DNA of 64,000 bases, taken from contig JAPOVK010000003.1 of NCBI GenBank assembly GCA_026708185.1, forward strand, positions 10,799 to 74,798, in the 5' to 3' direction. The notes beneath the pieces were generated by a model, which was not told where the DNA came from, searched no databases, and saw only the letters and a program-made list of their open reading frames with translations. This DNA comes from Gammaproteobacteria bacterium (GTDB taxonomy: Bacteria > Pseudomonadota > Gammaproteobacteria > Pseudomonadales > Azotimanducaceae). The position numbers were made by a program, and so were the translations under genes. Below, in pieces: positions 21,209 through 30,795 of this stretch (the first letter of the stretch is position 1; each line of letters opens with the position of its first letter).

Positions 21209-23490
21209 CAATCCACGGTCGTGCTGTAGCGCACCCCATCCGGTACCGGCACCGCCTGGTAGACAGTAACACCGTGGTCGCCGGCCGTTCGCCCCCGCGA
21301 ATCCACCGCCACGAACGACGTATAGCCCGACATCAACTGATGCGCGAGCGCCGTGGTGGTGATCGTGTCCTTGAGTTCGCCGCCCGGGTCGCCAGCCCAA
21401 GACACCCGATCCGCCAATTCTGCGATCCGTTCCCGCGCCCAGACCTTGGCCAAGGATGGCCTGTCAGCGTGGTCCGAACCGACCACGACGCTCAGAGGTT
21501 CGCCCCCGGCTCTTGCAGAGACAGTCACGCTTCCCGGTTCCCCGGTGAACGTCCCCGTCACCACCAGCGGGCGACCGACAAAGAGGGCCGGCGTGGCGCG
21601 CGGATACGCGTCGGCGACGCGCATGTCGCCCCAGTCGATCGCGATGTCGGTCAGCACGGGATGGCTGATCCGATCCAGGAAGTCGCCCATGACCACGCGC
21701 GCCGAGTCGTTCAGTCCTAGGTAGGCCACCACGCCGCGGCCGGTCTTGGCCATGCGTTCGAGCAGATAGCGATTGACCGACGAGCCGACGCCGAAGCTGA
21801 AGATCCGCGAAGCGCCGAGACGGCGATGAATCGCCCCGAGGATGTCCGACTCGTTGCCGATGTAGCCGTCCGTCATGAACGACACGAAACGCAGCCGTGT
21901 CGGATCGTGGGGGAAGTCAAGCGCCGCTTTGACGCCCTCGACCATGTACGTCCCACCGCCGCTCGTGAGATTCGCCAGGTAGGTTCGAGCCCGCGCGATG
22001 TTCGCAGGCGTGGCGCGAACCGGTGCGGCCCCGAAGTGGCTCGCCCCTTCGGAGAACCGGATAATCTGGAACGTGTCGTCGCCGCCGAGCCGGTCCAGCG
22101 CCGTGGCCACGGCCTCCTTCGCCTGCTCGAGCGGCCGGCCCTGCATGGAGCCGGAGGCGTCGATGACGAACACCAACTCCAAGGGTTGTCGCGCAGCGTC
22201 GTTTTGCGCACCGGGCGGGATCAGCATCAGCGAGAAGAAGCCTTTGCCGCTGTCCGCATCCCGGTGGGTGAGCAGCTTGGACTTCACCGTTTCACCGGCA
22301 ACGCGGAAGTCCAGGACGAAGTCCCGGTTCGGCAGTGTCTTTTCGTTCTCGAGCGACACGCTCGCGAGCGTCGACGACAGCCGCTCGATAGCGACACCAT
22401 GCGTGGATTTCAGATCCTCGATCTGGACTCCGGCGTCGATGTTGAGGTTGATGCTGATGTCGTGACCGGAGCGTTCCGTCGGCGCCAGGTACTCGACAGC
22501 GGCGGTGGTGTCGCGACGACTTCCACGGCGGACGGCGCTAAGCGGATCCGGATGGTCCGGCGGATTGAAGCGTGGACCGACGACGGTGGGAAACACGAAG
22601 GAGTACCAGCCATCCTTGTACGCTAGGGTATGGAAGTAGGTGATATCGACTTCGATGGTCTTGCCGGGCTCGATGTTCGCCACCTTCTGCTCGAATACGT
22701 TGGGCCGTTGCTGGACGAGCAGGCTCGCGCGATAGCCCTGCGCCCGGGCCTGGCGGTAGATCTCCTCGGCCTCTTGCTTCTCGCGAACGATGCCGCGGAT
22801 GGTGCGTTCGCCGATCACCATGAGGAACTCGCTGACGGCCGCTTTTTCCGGCAGAGGGAACAGGTAGACGGCCTCGATCTTGGTGTCGAACGGGTTTCCG
22901 AATCGCTGGTTGACGGCAACCGTGCTGATGTGACCCTCGATGGCCGCTTCCACCGCCGTGTGCTCGAGTGGCAAGGGGACGTACTGGGGTGCGCCGATGG
23001 GCGCCCTTGCCGGGAAACTCGCCAGCATTGTCCCTGTGCCAACTTGGTGCTCGTCGTACTGCGCGCGTGTGCCAGGTGCACTGGGCCCGAACTGGCGGGC
23101 GTTGGCGGGCGCGGAGACGCCACGCTGGAAGGTTTGATCGAAAACCACATCCCCCAGTTCGGCCTCCGACAGGGACACGTCAATCGAGTCCACCACACGC
23201 CCGTGACCAGCCCGAATGTAGCTGCCGGTTACGACCATCTCGCGCGCCGCGCTCACGTCGGCACCCTGCTGGGGGGCAGGCGCAGTCGGCTTGGCGATCA
23301 CCCAAACTTCCTGGTCCTGCGGCGCATTAGCGCGAGCCGATGGCAGTTGGTCGGGGTCGGATGCCGGCACGGGTGGAGGTCCAGGCGCGCGATACTGACA
23401 CGCGCCCAGGCCGACGAGTACGCCAATCACGCTCGTCGCAGCCCCAGCCACGATCAGGCAGCGGGTTCTTCTGTCCATCCGTTCCTCCAT
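21208..23490 (-). CDS. VIT + von Willebrand factor A domain lipoprotein
   Basis: Lipobox [11 protein letters not shown] region ...[43 protein letters not shown].... v[18 protein letters not shown]. The start may instead be Met 23478. Confidence 0.85.
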   Translation of the reverse strand: MEERMDRRTRCLIVAGAATSVIGVLVGLGACQYRAPGPPPVPASDPDQLPSARANAPQDQEVWVIAKPTAPAPQQGADVSAAREMVVTGSYIRAGHGRVVDSIDVSLSEAELGDVVFDQTFQRGVSAPANARQFGPSAPGTRAQYDEHQVGTGTMLASFPARAPIGAPQYVPLPLEHTAVEAAIEGHISTVAVNQRFGNPFDTKIEAVYLFPLPEKAAVSEFLMVIGERTIRGIVREKQEAEEIYRQARAQGYRASLLVQQRPNVFEQKVANIEPGKTIEVDITYFHTLAYKDGWYSFVFPTVVGPRFNPPDHPDPLSAVRRGSRRDTTAAVEYLAPTERSGHDISINLNIDAGVQIEDLKSTHGVAIERLSSTLASVSLENEKTLPNRDFVLDFRVAGETVKSKLLTHRDADSGKGFFSLMLIPPGAQNDAARQPLELVFVIDASGSMQGRPLEQAKEAVATALDRLGGDDTFQIIRFSEGASHFGAAPVRATPANIARARTYLANLTSGGGTYMVEGVKAALDFPHDPTRLRFVSFMTDGYIGNESDILGAIHRRLGASRIFSFGVGSSVNRYLLERMAKTGRGVVAYLGLNDSARVVMGDFLDRISHPVLTDIAIDWGDMRVADAYPRATPALFVGRPLVVTGTFTGEPGSVTVSARAGGEPLSVVVGSDHADRPSLAKVWARERIAELADRVSWAGDPGGELKDTITTTALAHQLMSGYTSFVAVDSRGRTAGDHGVTVYQAVPVPDGVRYSTTVD

Positions 23491-23939
23491 GGGTCATCTG
23501 TGGCGAGCACCGCGCGGATTGACGCGTCGATGCTGCGCCCGTCGGCCGTCGCCGCGGTCACCAGCGTGAGTTCCAAGTCGAGTTCTCCGACAACCATCAC
23601 GTGCACCGTGGCGATCCTCGCCCGACCGACCGGCAACACGTCGGCGCCGGCCAGGGAGTAGTCGGCGACGACAAGCCTTTCGACCTCCCCCGCCTGCGTC
23701 GCCGCGCGGTCGTAGTACGGGGCGTCCGCGAACGCCGAACTGTCGCCGTTTTCGACGCCGACGACCTTGATCGCGCCATGGCGATCCGAGAGTTCGAACT
23801 GCCACGCAGCCACCGGTTCCGGGCTGTCGAGGACGATGTCCACGGGCACGAACCGGGGACCCTGGCCGGCATCGCCTTGTTCGGCGGCGTCCGCCAGCGC
23901 GGCCAGCGCGATGGCGAGGATGCAGCCCAAGCGCTTCAT
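23454..23939 (-). CDS. Secreted cohesin-like domain protein
   Basis: Signal MKRLGCILAIALAALADA. VDIVLDSPEPVAAWQFELSDRHGAIKVVGVENG... resembles the cohesin beta-sandwich pattern. Assigned from memory only. Confidence 0.4.
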   Translation of the reverse strand: MKRLGCILAIALAALADAAEQGDAGQGPRFVPVDIVLDSPEPVAAWQFELSDRHGAIKVVGVENGDSSAFADAPYYDRAATQAGEVERLVVADYSLAGADVLPVGRARIATVHVMVVGELDLELTLVTAATADGRSIDASIRAVLATDDPWRNGWTEEPAA

Positions 23940-24325
23940 CGGGTCGCCACGCCGTCCAAGGCCACGACGCGCTGCGCGAACGCCTCGAGTTCGCGCGGAC
24001 TGGCCGTGCCGCTACGCGCAAGGGCGAGCACGTCCGCGATGTCGACGCGGCCCGAGGCGTCAACGTCCGCGTAGACCACCTCATCCCCGCCATCCCAGCG
24101 CACCGCGACCACGGTGACCAGCGCCAGCGATGCCGCAAGTGCCGCCCAACCGCCGGGATGCCGCCACGCAGGACGCGCTCGGCGCGCAGCGAATTGCGCC
24201 TCAGCCGCAGCACCCACCGCGCGATCGACGCTGCGGGTTACGACCATAGGGGCACGATCGACGCGATCCAGCGTGTCGATCCAATCTGCGGGCAGACCCT
24301 CAAGGGCCTCGTCTCGATCAGGCAT
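23936..24325 (-). CDS. Single-pass membrane protein with dockerin-like Ca-loop repeat (positional anti-sigma candidate)
   Basis: Start ATG 24325 is preceded by AAGGAGAG. TM segment GGWAALAASLALVTVVAV, then DVDASGRVDIADVLALAR (D-x-D-x-S-G-x-V-D-x-x-D). It lies directly downstream of the ECF sigma gene and has no zf-HC2 motif. Confidence 0.45.
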   Translation of the reverse strand: MPDRDEALEGLPADWIDTLDRVDRAPMVVTRSVDRAVGAAAEAQFAARRARPAWRHPGGWAALAASLALVTVVAVRWDGGDEVVYADVDASGRVDIADVLALARSGTASPRELEAFAQRVVALDGVATR

Positions 24326-24372
24326 GTTCTCTCCTTGCTTGTAGAGCGCGGCGCGGCCCAAAAAGGTTCATT

Positions 24373-24942
24373 TCAATCGCGCAAGTCGTCCCCAGCACCT
24401 GACGATTTCAACCGATCGATGCCAATGTGCAGGCGCGACTTGACCGTTCCTAACGGAATATCAAGAACTTGTGAAATCTCAGCCAAGCTCATGCCATCGA
24501 CGAAGCGCAGCAGGAGTACCTCGCGTTGCCGCGCCGGCAGGGCGGCGATGACCGCTGCCGCGTCGCCGGTTGCGTCCGGTTCCGTCGCCACGGCCAGTTC
24601 ATCGGGCTCGACATCGGCGGTCGGGAACCGGTTCCCGCGGCGCAACGCCGTCAGGGCGGTGTTCTTGGCCACCGGGTAGAGCAGCGTGGTCAGCCTAGCG
24701 GTGAGCTCGATGCCCGGCCCCGCGGGCGGAAACTGCCGCAACAGGTAGAGGAACGTCTCCTGCAGGACATCGAGCGCCGTGTCGGTGTCCGGCACGAAGC
24801 GCAACGCGACGCGCAGTACGTAGTCCTTGTGGCGCCGATAGAGGACGTCGAACGCCCGGGCCGCTTCCCGCGCGCTGCCGTCGTTGCAGACCGCGATCAG
24901 CGCATTGTCGCTGCGCGGATCATCGACTCGGCGGCGAGCCAT
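24373..24942 (-). CDS. ECF-type RNA polymerase sigma-70 family factor
   Basis: MARRRVDDPRSDNALIAV..., region 2 (DVLQETFLYLL) and region 4.2 (REVLLLRFVDGMSLAEISQVLDIPLGTVKSRLHIG). 189 aa from ATG 24942. Confidence 0.85.
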   Translation of the reverse strand: MARRRVDDPRSDNALIAVCNDGSAREAARAFDVLYRRHKDYVLRVALRFVPDTDTALDVLQETFLYLLRQFPPAGPGIELTARLTTLLYPVAKNTALTALRRGNRFPTADVEPDELAVATEPDATGDAAAVIAALPARQREVLLLRFVDGMSLAEISQVLDIPLGTVKSRLHIGIDRLKSSGAGDDLRD

Positions 24943-25717
24943 GGAGTTCGGCGTCGAAGGACATGCGTTCCCCGTATTCGCGGACCCCCGCCGTCGCCCG
25001 GTCGCCGGTGAGGAAGACGTGCTGCCAACGCCGCTGCCCGCGCATGTCCTCGTTGGCGTAGTCGAAGTTGACGAAATGCAGCCCAACGCCCGCCCGGCCC
25101 GCACACGTCGGGTTCGGACCTGTCGCGTGGGGAGTCCCGAAGCAGAAGAACACCACGCCGCCGGCTTCCAGCTCGCAGTGCACGGCGCGCTCGCCGCCCT
25201 CGGCGAGGTACGTGCGAATGTGGTGGTCGCTGTCCGGATCCCGTTCGTGGGGGAACTCGCGGTCGAAAACGCCGGGCACGACCTTGAGCGTGCCGTTTTC
25301 CCGCGTGGCGTCGTCGATCGCGATCCACATCGCGCAGCCGCGCAACGGCTCGGCAAGGTGGAAGTACGCGTTGTCGGTGTGCCAGTTCGTGCCGATGCCG
25401 GTACGCGCCGGCTTGTAGAACATCTGGTCCAGGATCTTCACCACGGGGTCGCCCAACAGGGCCGACACGGCCGAGCGCACCTTGGGATGGAAGGGCAGCG
25501 CACGAAACAGGCGGCTGTGGGGCCAAAGCGGGATGAGTTGCAGGTTGCGCTTGGCGTCGGGAATCGACACGTCCCGGGGCAACCCCCGCTCGACCCAGCG
25601 GTCCACTTCGCCCTTCAACGCCGCGACTTCGTGCGGTGCGAAGAAGCCGGGAACGGTGGTATAACCCGTCTCCTTGTACTGACTGACCTGTTCCGGGGTC
25701 ATGGAAGGTACCGACAT
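24920..25717 (-). CDS. Phytanoyl-CoA dioxygenase (PhyH) family oxygenase
   Basis: ...TNWHTDNAYF... (HxD) and ...FFCFGTPHATGPN. 265 aa. Overlaps the sigma gene start by 23 nt. Confidence 0.78.
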   Translation of the reverse strand: MSVPSMTPEQVSQYKETGYTTVPGFFAPHEVAALKGEVDRWVERGLPRDVSIPDAKRNLQLIPLWPHSRLFRALPFHPKVRSAVSALLGDPVVKILDQMFYKPARTGIGTNWHTDNAYFHLAEPLRGCAMWIAIDDATRENGTLKVVPGVFDREFPHERDPDSDHHIRTYLAEGGERAVHCELEAGGVVFFCFGTPHATGPNPTCAGRAGVGLHFVNFDYANEDMRGQRRWQHVFLTGDRATAGVREYGERMSFDAELHGSPPSR

Positions 25718-25789
25718 CCGCGCGTCGTCGCGGCAAGCATACCGGACGCCGCAGGGCGTCCCCTACGAGAAGACGAGATCGAGAGGGGC

Positions 25790-26692
25790 ATGATGAGCGA
25801 TTTCTCAGACAGCGAGTTCCAAGGCAAGGTAGCGGCAGTCACCGGCGCCGGAGGCGGCATCGGCCGCTGCCACGCCATCGAGTTCGCCAAGCGTGGCGCC
25901 AAGGTCGTCGTGAACGATCTCGGCGGCTCCGTCGACGGCACCGGATCCGGCGACGCCGCCGACGCGGTGGTCGCGGAAATCGAGGCGCTCGGCGGCACGG
26001 CCGTCGCGAACAAGGGCTCGGTGTCGGACCGTGAAGGTGCGAAGAGCATCGTCGACGACGCCATCGCCGCTTTCGGGCGCATCGACATCCTGGTCAACAA
26101 CGCCGGCATCCTGCGCGACCGGACCTTCAAGAACATGACCCTCGACGAGTTCGACCTGGTCATGGACGTGCACCTCACCGGCACGGCCTACGTCACCCAC
26201 GCCGCTTGGCCACACATGTACGAGCAACGCTACGGGCGCGTCGTGTTCACCAGTTCGGGCTCCGGCATCTTCGGCAATTTCGGCCAGTCCAACTACGGCG
26301 CCGCCAAGATGGGCATGCTCGGACTCGCCAACGTGCTCGCCCTCGAAGGCGCGAACCGCAACGTGCGCGTGAACGTCCTCGGCCCCGGCGCCGCAACGCG
26401 CATGACCAACACCGTCCCCGGCCGCGACGAAGACCTGGCCAACCCGGATCCCAACCGGCATCCGGCGCTGGTGAGTCCGGCGGTCCTCTTCATGTGCAGC
26501 GAAGACGCGCCGAACGGCGCCGTCATCCACGCTTCCAGCGGCAATTACCACCGCAGCGAAGTTTGGGTGAACAATGCCGTTCAGCTAGGAGCGGGTGCGA
26601 CCTACGAGGACCTCCTCGAGCACGTCGACAAGCTCATGGACATGTCGAACGCACACCCCCGCGCGCCGAGGGCACCGCGACCGCGCCGTTGA
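25790..26692 (+). CDS. Short-chain dehydrogenase/reductase (MFE-2/hydroxyacyl-CoA dehydrogenase-like)
   Basis: GKVAAVTGAGGGIGR (TGxxxGxG), NNAG, and SNYGAAK (YxxxK). Confidence 0.88.
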   Translation: MMSDFSDSEFQGKVAAVTGAGGGIGRCHAIEFAKRGAKVVVNDLGGSVDGTGSGDAADAVVAEIEALGGTAVANKGSVSDREGAKSIVDDAIAAFGRIDILVNNAGILRDRTFKNMTLDEFDLVMDVHLTGTAYVTHAAWPHMYEQRYGRVVFTSSGSGIFGNFGQSNYGAAKMGMLGLANVLALEGANRNVRVNVLGPGAATRMTNTVPGRDEDLANPDPNRHPALVSPAVLFMCSEDAPNGAVIHASSGNYHRSEVWVNNAVQLGAGATYEDLLEHVDKLMDMSNAHPRAPRAPRPRR

Positions 26693-26832
26693 GTAGCGCC
26701 GTGTCGGCATAGGTCTGGTGTGGGTGGCAGGAAGCTAACGAGCCTGTTCGGCATCAAGTTCGATGTCAGCCCGCTAGGCTCGAGACAGCGGCTCTGATCA
26801 GGGAACCCAGATCGGCCTCCCCACGGTTTGTT

Positions 26833-26875
26833 GGGTGAAGAGACGCCGAGAGTCCTGCCTCTCTCCTCTTCACCC
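26833..26875. terminator. Strong hairpin between convergent SDR and GNAT genes (possible bidirectional terminator)
   Basis: GGGTGAAGAG (26833-26842) pairs perfectly with CTCTTCACCC (26866-26875), and an inner GAGAG/CTCTC pair extends the stem. The plus-strand tail is TGGTGTGTTTCCC. There is no clean U-run on the minus strand. Confidence 0.4.
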
Positions 26876-26906
26876 TGGTGTGTTTCCCACTGCGAAGTTG
26901 GAGAGT

Positions 26907-27707
26907 TCAGGAGTCGCTAAACTCTGCAGACATATACGCCAACTGGAAACCTAGTTTGGATAGATTGCGGTGACTGGCTGAGTGAAACTCGGTATCTGAA
27001 ATCGCCAAGTTACACCCTAGCTCTCGAGCCCTCCTGATTCTTCTCGAGATCAATGCGGCGTGACACCCCCGTCTGCGGAATTCCGGCCTAGTTATAGCAT
27101 TGGAAAACCAACAGACGTGGCCTGAACAAAACAACGAAGCGCGAGCGGCCAACTCCCCATCGATGAAGGCAAGAAAGTACTCGAGGCTACTGTTGGAATA
27201 ACGCCGACTGAGCTCTTCCACCGATCGGCGAATGGGTGCCGTTGCCTGACTAAGCAGTTCTGGGACGAGCACACGCGATACGCCCGCTTCTTCTGCAGTG
27301 AGGATGGAAATAGCCCGATTGTCCTCAACCCTCGAAAGTTCGGTTGGTCGCGTAAAATACACTGCGTCAGTCCCAACATAGTGGAACCCCGCCGCCCGCA
27401 GTGCCGTTACCGACTCTTCGTTGGTTTTCTGTGGTGGGAGCGAAAAGTTGCATGAAATACCATCGTCGCGGTACCAATCAACAGCGCCTCTAAGAGCATC
27501 GAGTGATTCGGTATTCATGCAAATGATTCGGTTATAGTAGGTAGAGTTTGGTTTTCCTGAATCTTTCAGCGCAACTAAAGACGAGCCGAAATTCTTCTCT
27601 TGAATCGGAGCCATATCTGCGGGTTCTAAGTAATTGTTGAGCCTAGTGAATTCATGATCCAGCTTGGTCGAGACGGTATCAATTTCGTCGAATTCAATTG
27701 GTTTCAT
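26907..27707 (-). CDS. GNAT-family N-acetyltransferase (low-GC gene)
   Basis: The C-terminal ...RPEFRRRGCHAALISRRIRRARELGC... fits the acetyl-CoA-binding R/Q-x-x-G-x-A motif. My hand count gives 48% G+C for 26907-27006. Confidence 0.65.
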   Translation of the reverse strand: MKPIEFDEIDTVSTKLDHEFTRLNNYLEPADMAPIQEKNFGSSLVALKDSGKPNSTYYNRIICMNTESLDALRGAVDWYRDDGISCNFSLPPQKTNEESVTALRAAGFHYVGTDAVYFTRPTELSRVEDNRAISILTAEEAGVSRVLVPELLSQATAPIRRSVEELSRRYSNSSLEYFLAFIDGELAARASLFCSGHVCWFSNAITRPEFRRRGCHAALISRRIRRARELGCNLAISDTEFHSASHRNLSKLGFQLAYMSAEFSDS

Positions 27708-27759
27708 CCGTGTGACTCAACTTGACAGTGCGTTGCAGCATACAATGGCATAGATCACG

Positions 27760-29370
27760 TCAATGCCCGGTATGGCGTAGCATGACGACGTCCCGAACGA
27801 TCTCCCGTGCCGCGTTGCGTCCCGGCAAGCCGGTGACGCCGCCGCCGGGATGCGCGCCCGCGCCGCAGTGGTAGAGGCCGCCGATCGGCCCTCGGTAGTC
27901 GGCGCAGCCCAGCACCGGCCGATTTATCCACAACTGGTCGGGCGACATCGCGGCGTGGAAGATGTCCCCGCCCGGAAGGCCGAAGCGCTGCTCGAGGTCG
28001 GCAGGGGTCAACACCTGCCGGGCGATCACCGCATCGGAGAAGTTCGGCGCGAAGCGATCAATGGCCGCGAATACCGTGTCGGCCGCCGACTCGCGCAAGG
28101 CATCCCAGTCGCGGTCGCGGGGGAAGTGCTGGCAGAAGAGACTCGCGACGTGCTTACCCCGCGGCGCCAGCGAGCCGTCAACGGTCGACGGGATCAGCAT
28201 CTCGATCACCGGGGAACCTGAGAAATCACCGCTCCGGGCGTCCAGGTAGGCCTGCTCGAGGTAGGTCATCGTGGGGCCGATGACGATGCCCGAGCGGTGA
28301 TGGTCCTGGCACTCGAGCCCCGGTCTGCAGGTGAAGTCGGGGAGTTCCCGGAGCGCGACGTTGATCCGCAGCGTCGCGGATTCGGTACGCACGCCGCGAA
28401 TCCGGCGCAGGAAGTCGCGAGACAGATGTTCTCTCGCCACCATTTCGAGGTAAAGGACCTTGGGCGCGACATTCGCGGCCACCCTCCGGGCCGATCGCGT
28501 CGTGCCATCCGCGAGAGCGACGCCGACGACACCATGGCGCTCAATCAACACCTCGGTGACCTCCGCCTCGGTTTCGATCACGGCGCCGAGCGCTTGGGCT
28601 TCCTCGCGCATGGCAGCCGTGATCGCACCCATGCCGCCGATGGCGTGCCCCCAGGCGCCCGGCACGCCGTCGAGTTCGCCGAGCGCATGGTGCAGCAGTC
28701 CGTACGCTGTGCCGGGAGCAAAGGGCGAGGCGTAGTTGCCGACGACGGCATCGAAGGCGAGTGCGGCCATCACGTGGTCGTTCTCGAACCAGCCGGCGAG
28801 CAAGTCGGCGACGGGCTTCAGGAGCACCTCGGCGAGGTCCCGGCGGCGGGTCATCGCTAGGTCCGCCGCATCCAACGCCGCGGCTCCGGCCTTGAGCGCC
28901 GCGCTGATGCCGCCGCCGACATTGGGGGGCGTGCGGTCCATCTGTCGACGAACCACGGTACCGACGGCCCTGACCATGGCGCGAAAGCCGGCCAGCGCCC
29001 GGGCGTCGTCCGCCGAGAACCGGGCGAACTCCCGCGCCGTGTGCGCATCGTCGTTGAAGATGGACAGCGACTCCGTCGCTGACAGGGGCACGAAATTCTG
29101 CTGCGGGCGCGCTACGAAGCGCAGGCCGTGGGCCTTCAGATGCAGGTCGTCGACGATCCGCGGTGCCAACAGGCCGACCGTGTAGCTCGCCGTGGAGTTG
29201 CGGAAGCCCGGATGGAACTCCTCGGTGACCGCGGCGCCGCCGACGATGGCCCGGCGCTCCAGTACGCGGACGCGCAAACCCGCCTTGGCCAGGTAGCAGG
29301 CGCAGACCAGGCCGTTGTGGCCAGCGCCGACGACGATGACATCGGCAGCGCCGTCCCCGGGACAGGTCAC
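27760..29370 (-). CDS. Phytoene-desaturase-family (CrtI-like) FAD/NAD(P)-dependent oxidoreductase
   Basis: DVIVVGAGHNGLVCACYLAKAGLRVRVLERRAIVGG Rossmann motif. 536 aa. Confidence 0.83.
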   Translation of the reverse strand: MTCPGDGAADVIVVGAGHNGLVCACYLAKAGLRVRVLERRAIVGGAAVTEEFHPGFRNSTASYTVGLLAPRIVDDLHLKAHGLRFVARPQQNFVPLSATESLSIFNDDAHTAREFARFSADDARALAGFRAMVRAVGTVVRRQMDRTPPNVGGGISAALKAGAAALDAADLAMTRRRDLAEVLLKPVADLLAGWFENDHVMAALAFDAVVGNYASPFAPGTAYGLLHHALGELDGVPGAWGHAIGGMGAITAAMREEAQALGAVIETEAEVTEVLIERHGVVGVALADGTTRSARRVAANVAPKVLYLEMVAREHLSRDFLRRIRGVRTESATLRINVALRELPDFTCRPGLECQDHHRSGIVIGPTMTYLEQAYLDARSGDFSGSPVIEMLIPSTVDGSLAPRGKHVASLFCQHFPRDRDWDALRESAADTVFAAIDRFAPNFSDAVIARQVLTPADLEQRFGLPGGDIFHAAMSPDQLWINRPVLGCADYRGPIGGLYHCGAGAHPGGGVTGLPGRNAAREIVRDVVMLRHTGH

Positions 29371-30653
29371 TTTGGCGTCTTGGCGGCGCGGGCCGCCTCG
29401 ATCTCCTTCTTCATCCGATAGATTCCAAGGCCTTCCCTGACCTCATCGGGCACCGGCGAGCGCATGTGTCCAATGCGCTGGTACTCGCCGTCCTCCATGG
29501 CGAGGCGCAATGCCCGCGTGGTCTTCGGCCCGGAGTAGGTGGCGATCTCGATCAGCCCAGACGAGTAGAAACCCATCCGCTGCAGCAACTTCTCGGAGGC
29601 GTTGCGCAAGACCTCGGGGGCCACCGAGAGCTGCCAATTCTCCTGCTGGCGCAGCCACGGTTTCACGTTGGAGTTGGTCATGATGTAGCGCCACTCGTCG
29701 GTGTGGTTGACGCCCGTGCCGTGCAGGACGCGACCGTCCATCAGCATGACCGTACCGCCCTTGGCCTCGACGTTCACGGCCGGCGGCAGGGGCCCGACTT
29801 CCTCGCCGGGTTTGACCCCGGAGACCAGTCGGTGGCTGGTCGGGATCACGAGCGTGCCCCCGTTGACCTCGTTGACGTCCTGCATGATGTAGACGGTGTT
29901 GACGAGGATCGGCGCGCCGGGCGTCTGGATCGGGTGGATCGCGCCCGAGTCCTGATGCAGGTTCTGCGGATAGCTTCCGGGACGGGCGATGTTCGAGGCG
30001 AACGAGTAGGCGTAGTGGCCACGACCGAGGAGCTCGTTGTTGAGCTGCTCGATCATGGGTCCGCCCTGGACCCATTCGGGGTCGAACTCGATGCACTTGG
30101 CGAAGCACTCGCCCTTGTTGACCAAGGTCCACATGATGTGGAAGTGCGGCGTCATGTCGGCGAGCCCGCACTCGCGCTCGGCGACCGCCTGCTCCTCGAG
30201 CCGGTCGCGCATGTAGCCGCATTGCCGCTCGCTCATGGCGTCTTCGATGAGGCAAAAGCCGTACTTCCTAAGGTGATGCCGCGCCAGGTTGATGTCCTTC
30301 GTTTCGTGCGGCAGATCGTTGAACTGCTTCCAGTAGTCGTGCTTGCGGGCAACAGTCGTGTCGTAGTACGGCGTGCCATTCAATCCACCGCCCTCGGCGC
30401 TCTTACCCGACTCGAAAAGCGGACAGCGGAACCGCTCGGTGAGCGAGCCGTCCGGTCGCGTCGCCCGAAGCCCATTGCCGCCCACCGGCGGCTTGAGCCA
30501 CGGGTTGTTCTTGTGCATCGACTTGAACGGCTCGCCGGAGGCGAACCACTCGGCATCCGTCAGGCGGTCGCCATCGCCGGACAAAGCCGCGACGCTCTCG
30601 GGGAGGAACTCGTCTGGGATGGTCTCACTATCGTCGGTCGGGACGTCGGCCAT
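29367..30653 (-). CDS. PhyH-like Fe(II)/2OG oxygenase with ~130-aa N-terminal extension
   Basis: NLHQDSG (HxD) ... GGTVMLMDGRVLHGTG. Stop/start overlap with the CrtI-like gene (29367-29370). Confidence 0.68.
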   Translation of the reverse strand: MADVPTDDSETIPDEFLPESVAALSGDGDRLTDAEWFASGEPFKSMHKNNPWLKPPVGGNGLRATRPDGSLTERFRCPLFESGKSAEGGGLNGTPYYDTTVARKHDYWKQFNDLPHETKDINLARHHLRKYGFCLIEDAMSERQCGYMRDRLEEQAVAERECGLADMTPHFHIMWTLVNKGECFAKCIEFDPEWVQGGPMIEQLNNELLGRGHYAYSFASNIARPGSYPQNLHQDSGAIHPIQTPGAPILVNTVYIMQDVNEVNGGTLVIPTSHRLVSGVKPGEEVGPLPPAVNVEAKGGTVMLMDGRVLHGTGVNHTDEWRYIMTNSNVKPWLRQQENWQLSVAPEVLRNASEKLLQRMGFYSSGLIEIATYSGPKTTRALRLAMEDGEYQRIGHMRSPVPDEVREGLGIYRMKKEIEAARAAKTPK

Positions 30654-30795
30654 TGTCTGCGCACCCGCACTTTCAACGGATGCGAGTTTAGCGCCTAATT
30701 CGAGAGCAAGAATCGGGCTGCACGTTCGTGATCGCGGGCCTAGGATTGCTCAACAGTCCACGCCCAGTACCGGGCGGCCGGGAGAGAGAGACTTC

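Noticed and set aside
26745-26775. AAGTTCGATG segment vaguely like a tRNA T-loop, considered as a tRNA-fragment att site for the GNAT islet.
   Set aside because: It has no acceptor or T-stem complementarity and no matching direct repeat on the other side of the islet (27708-27760).
27924-27932. Perfect DnaA-box consensus TTATCCACA, noticed because mnmG/parAB regions can lie near oriC.
   Set aside because: It is a single box inside the CrtI-like coding sequence. I saw no cluster of boxes, no AT-rich unwinding element and no GATC enrichment, so there is no evidence for an origin in this window.
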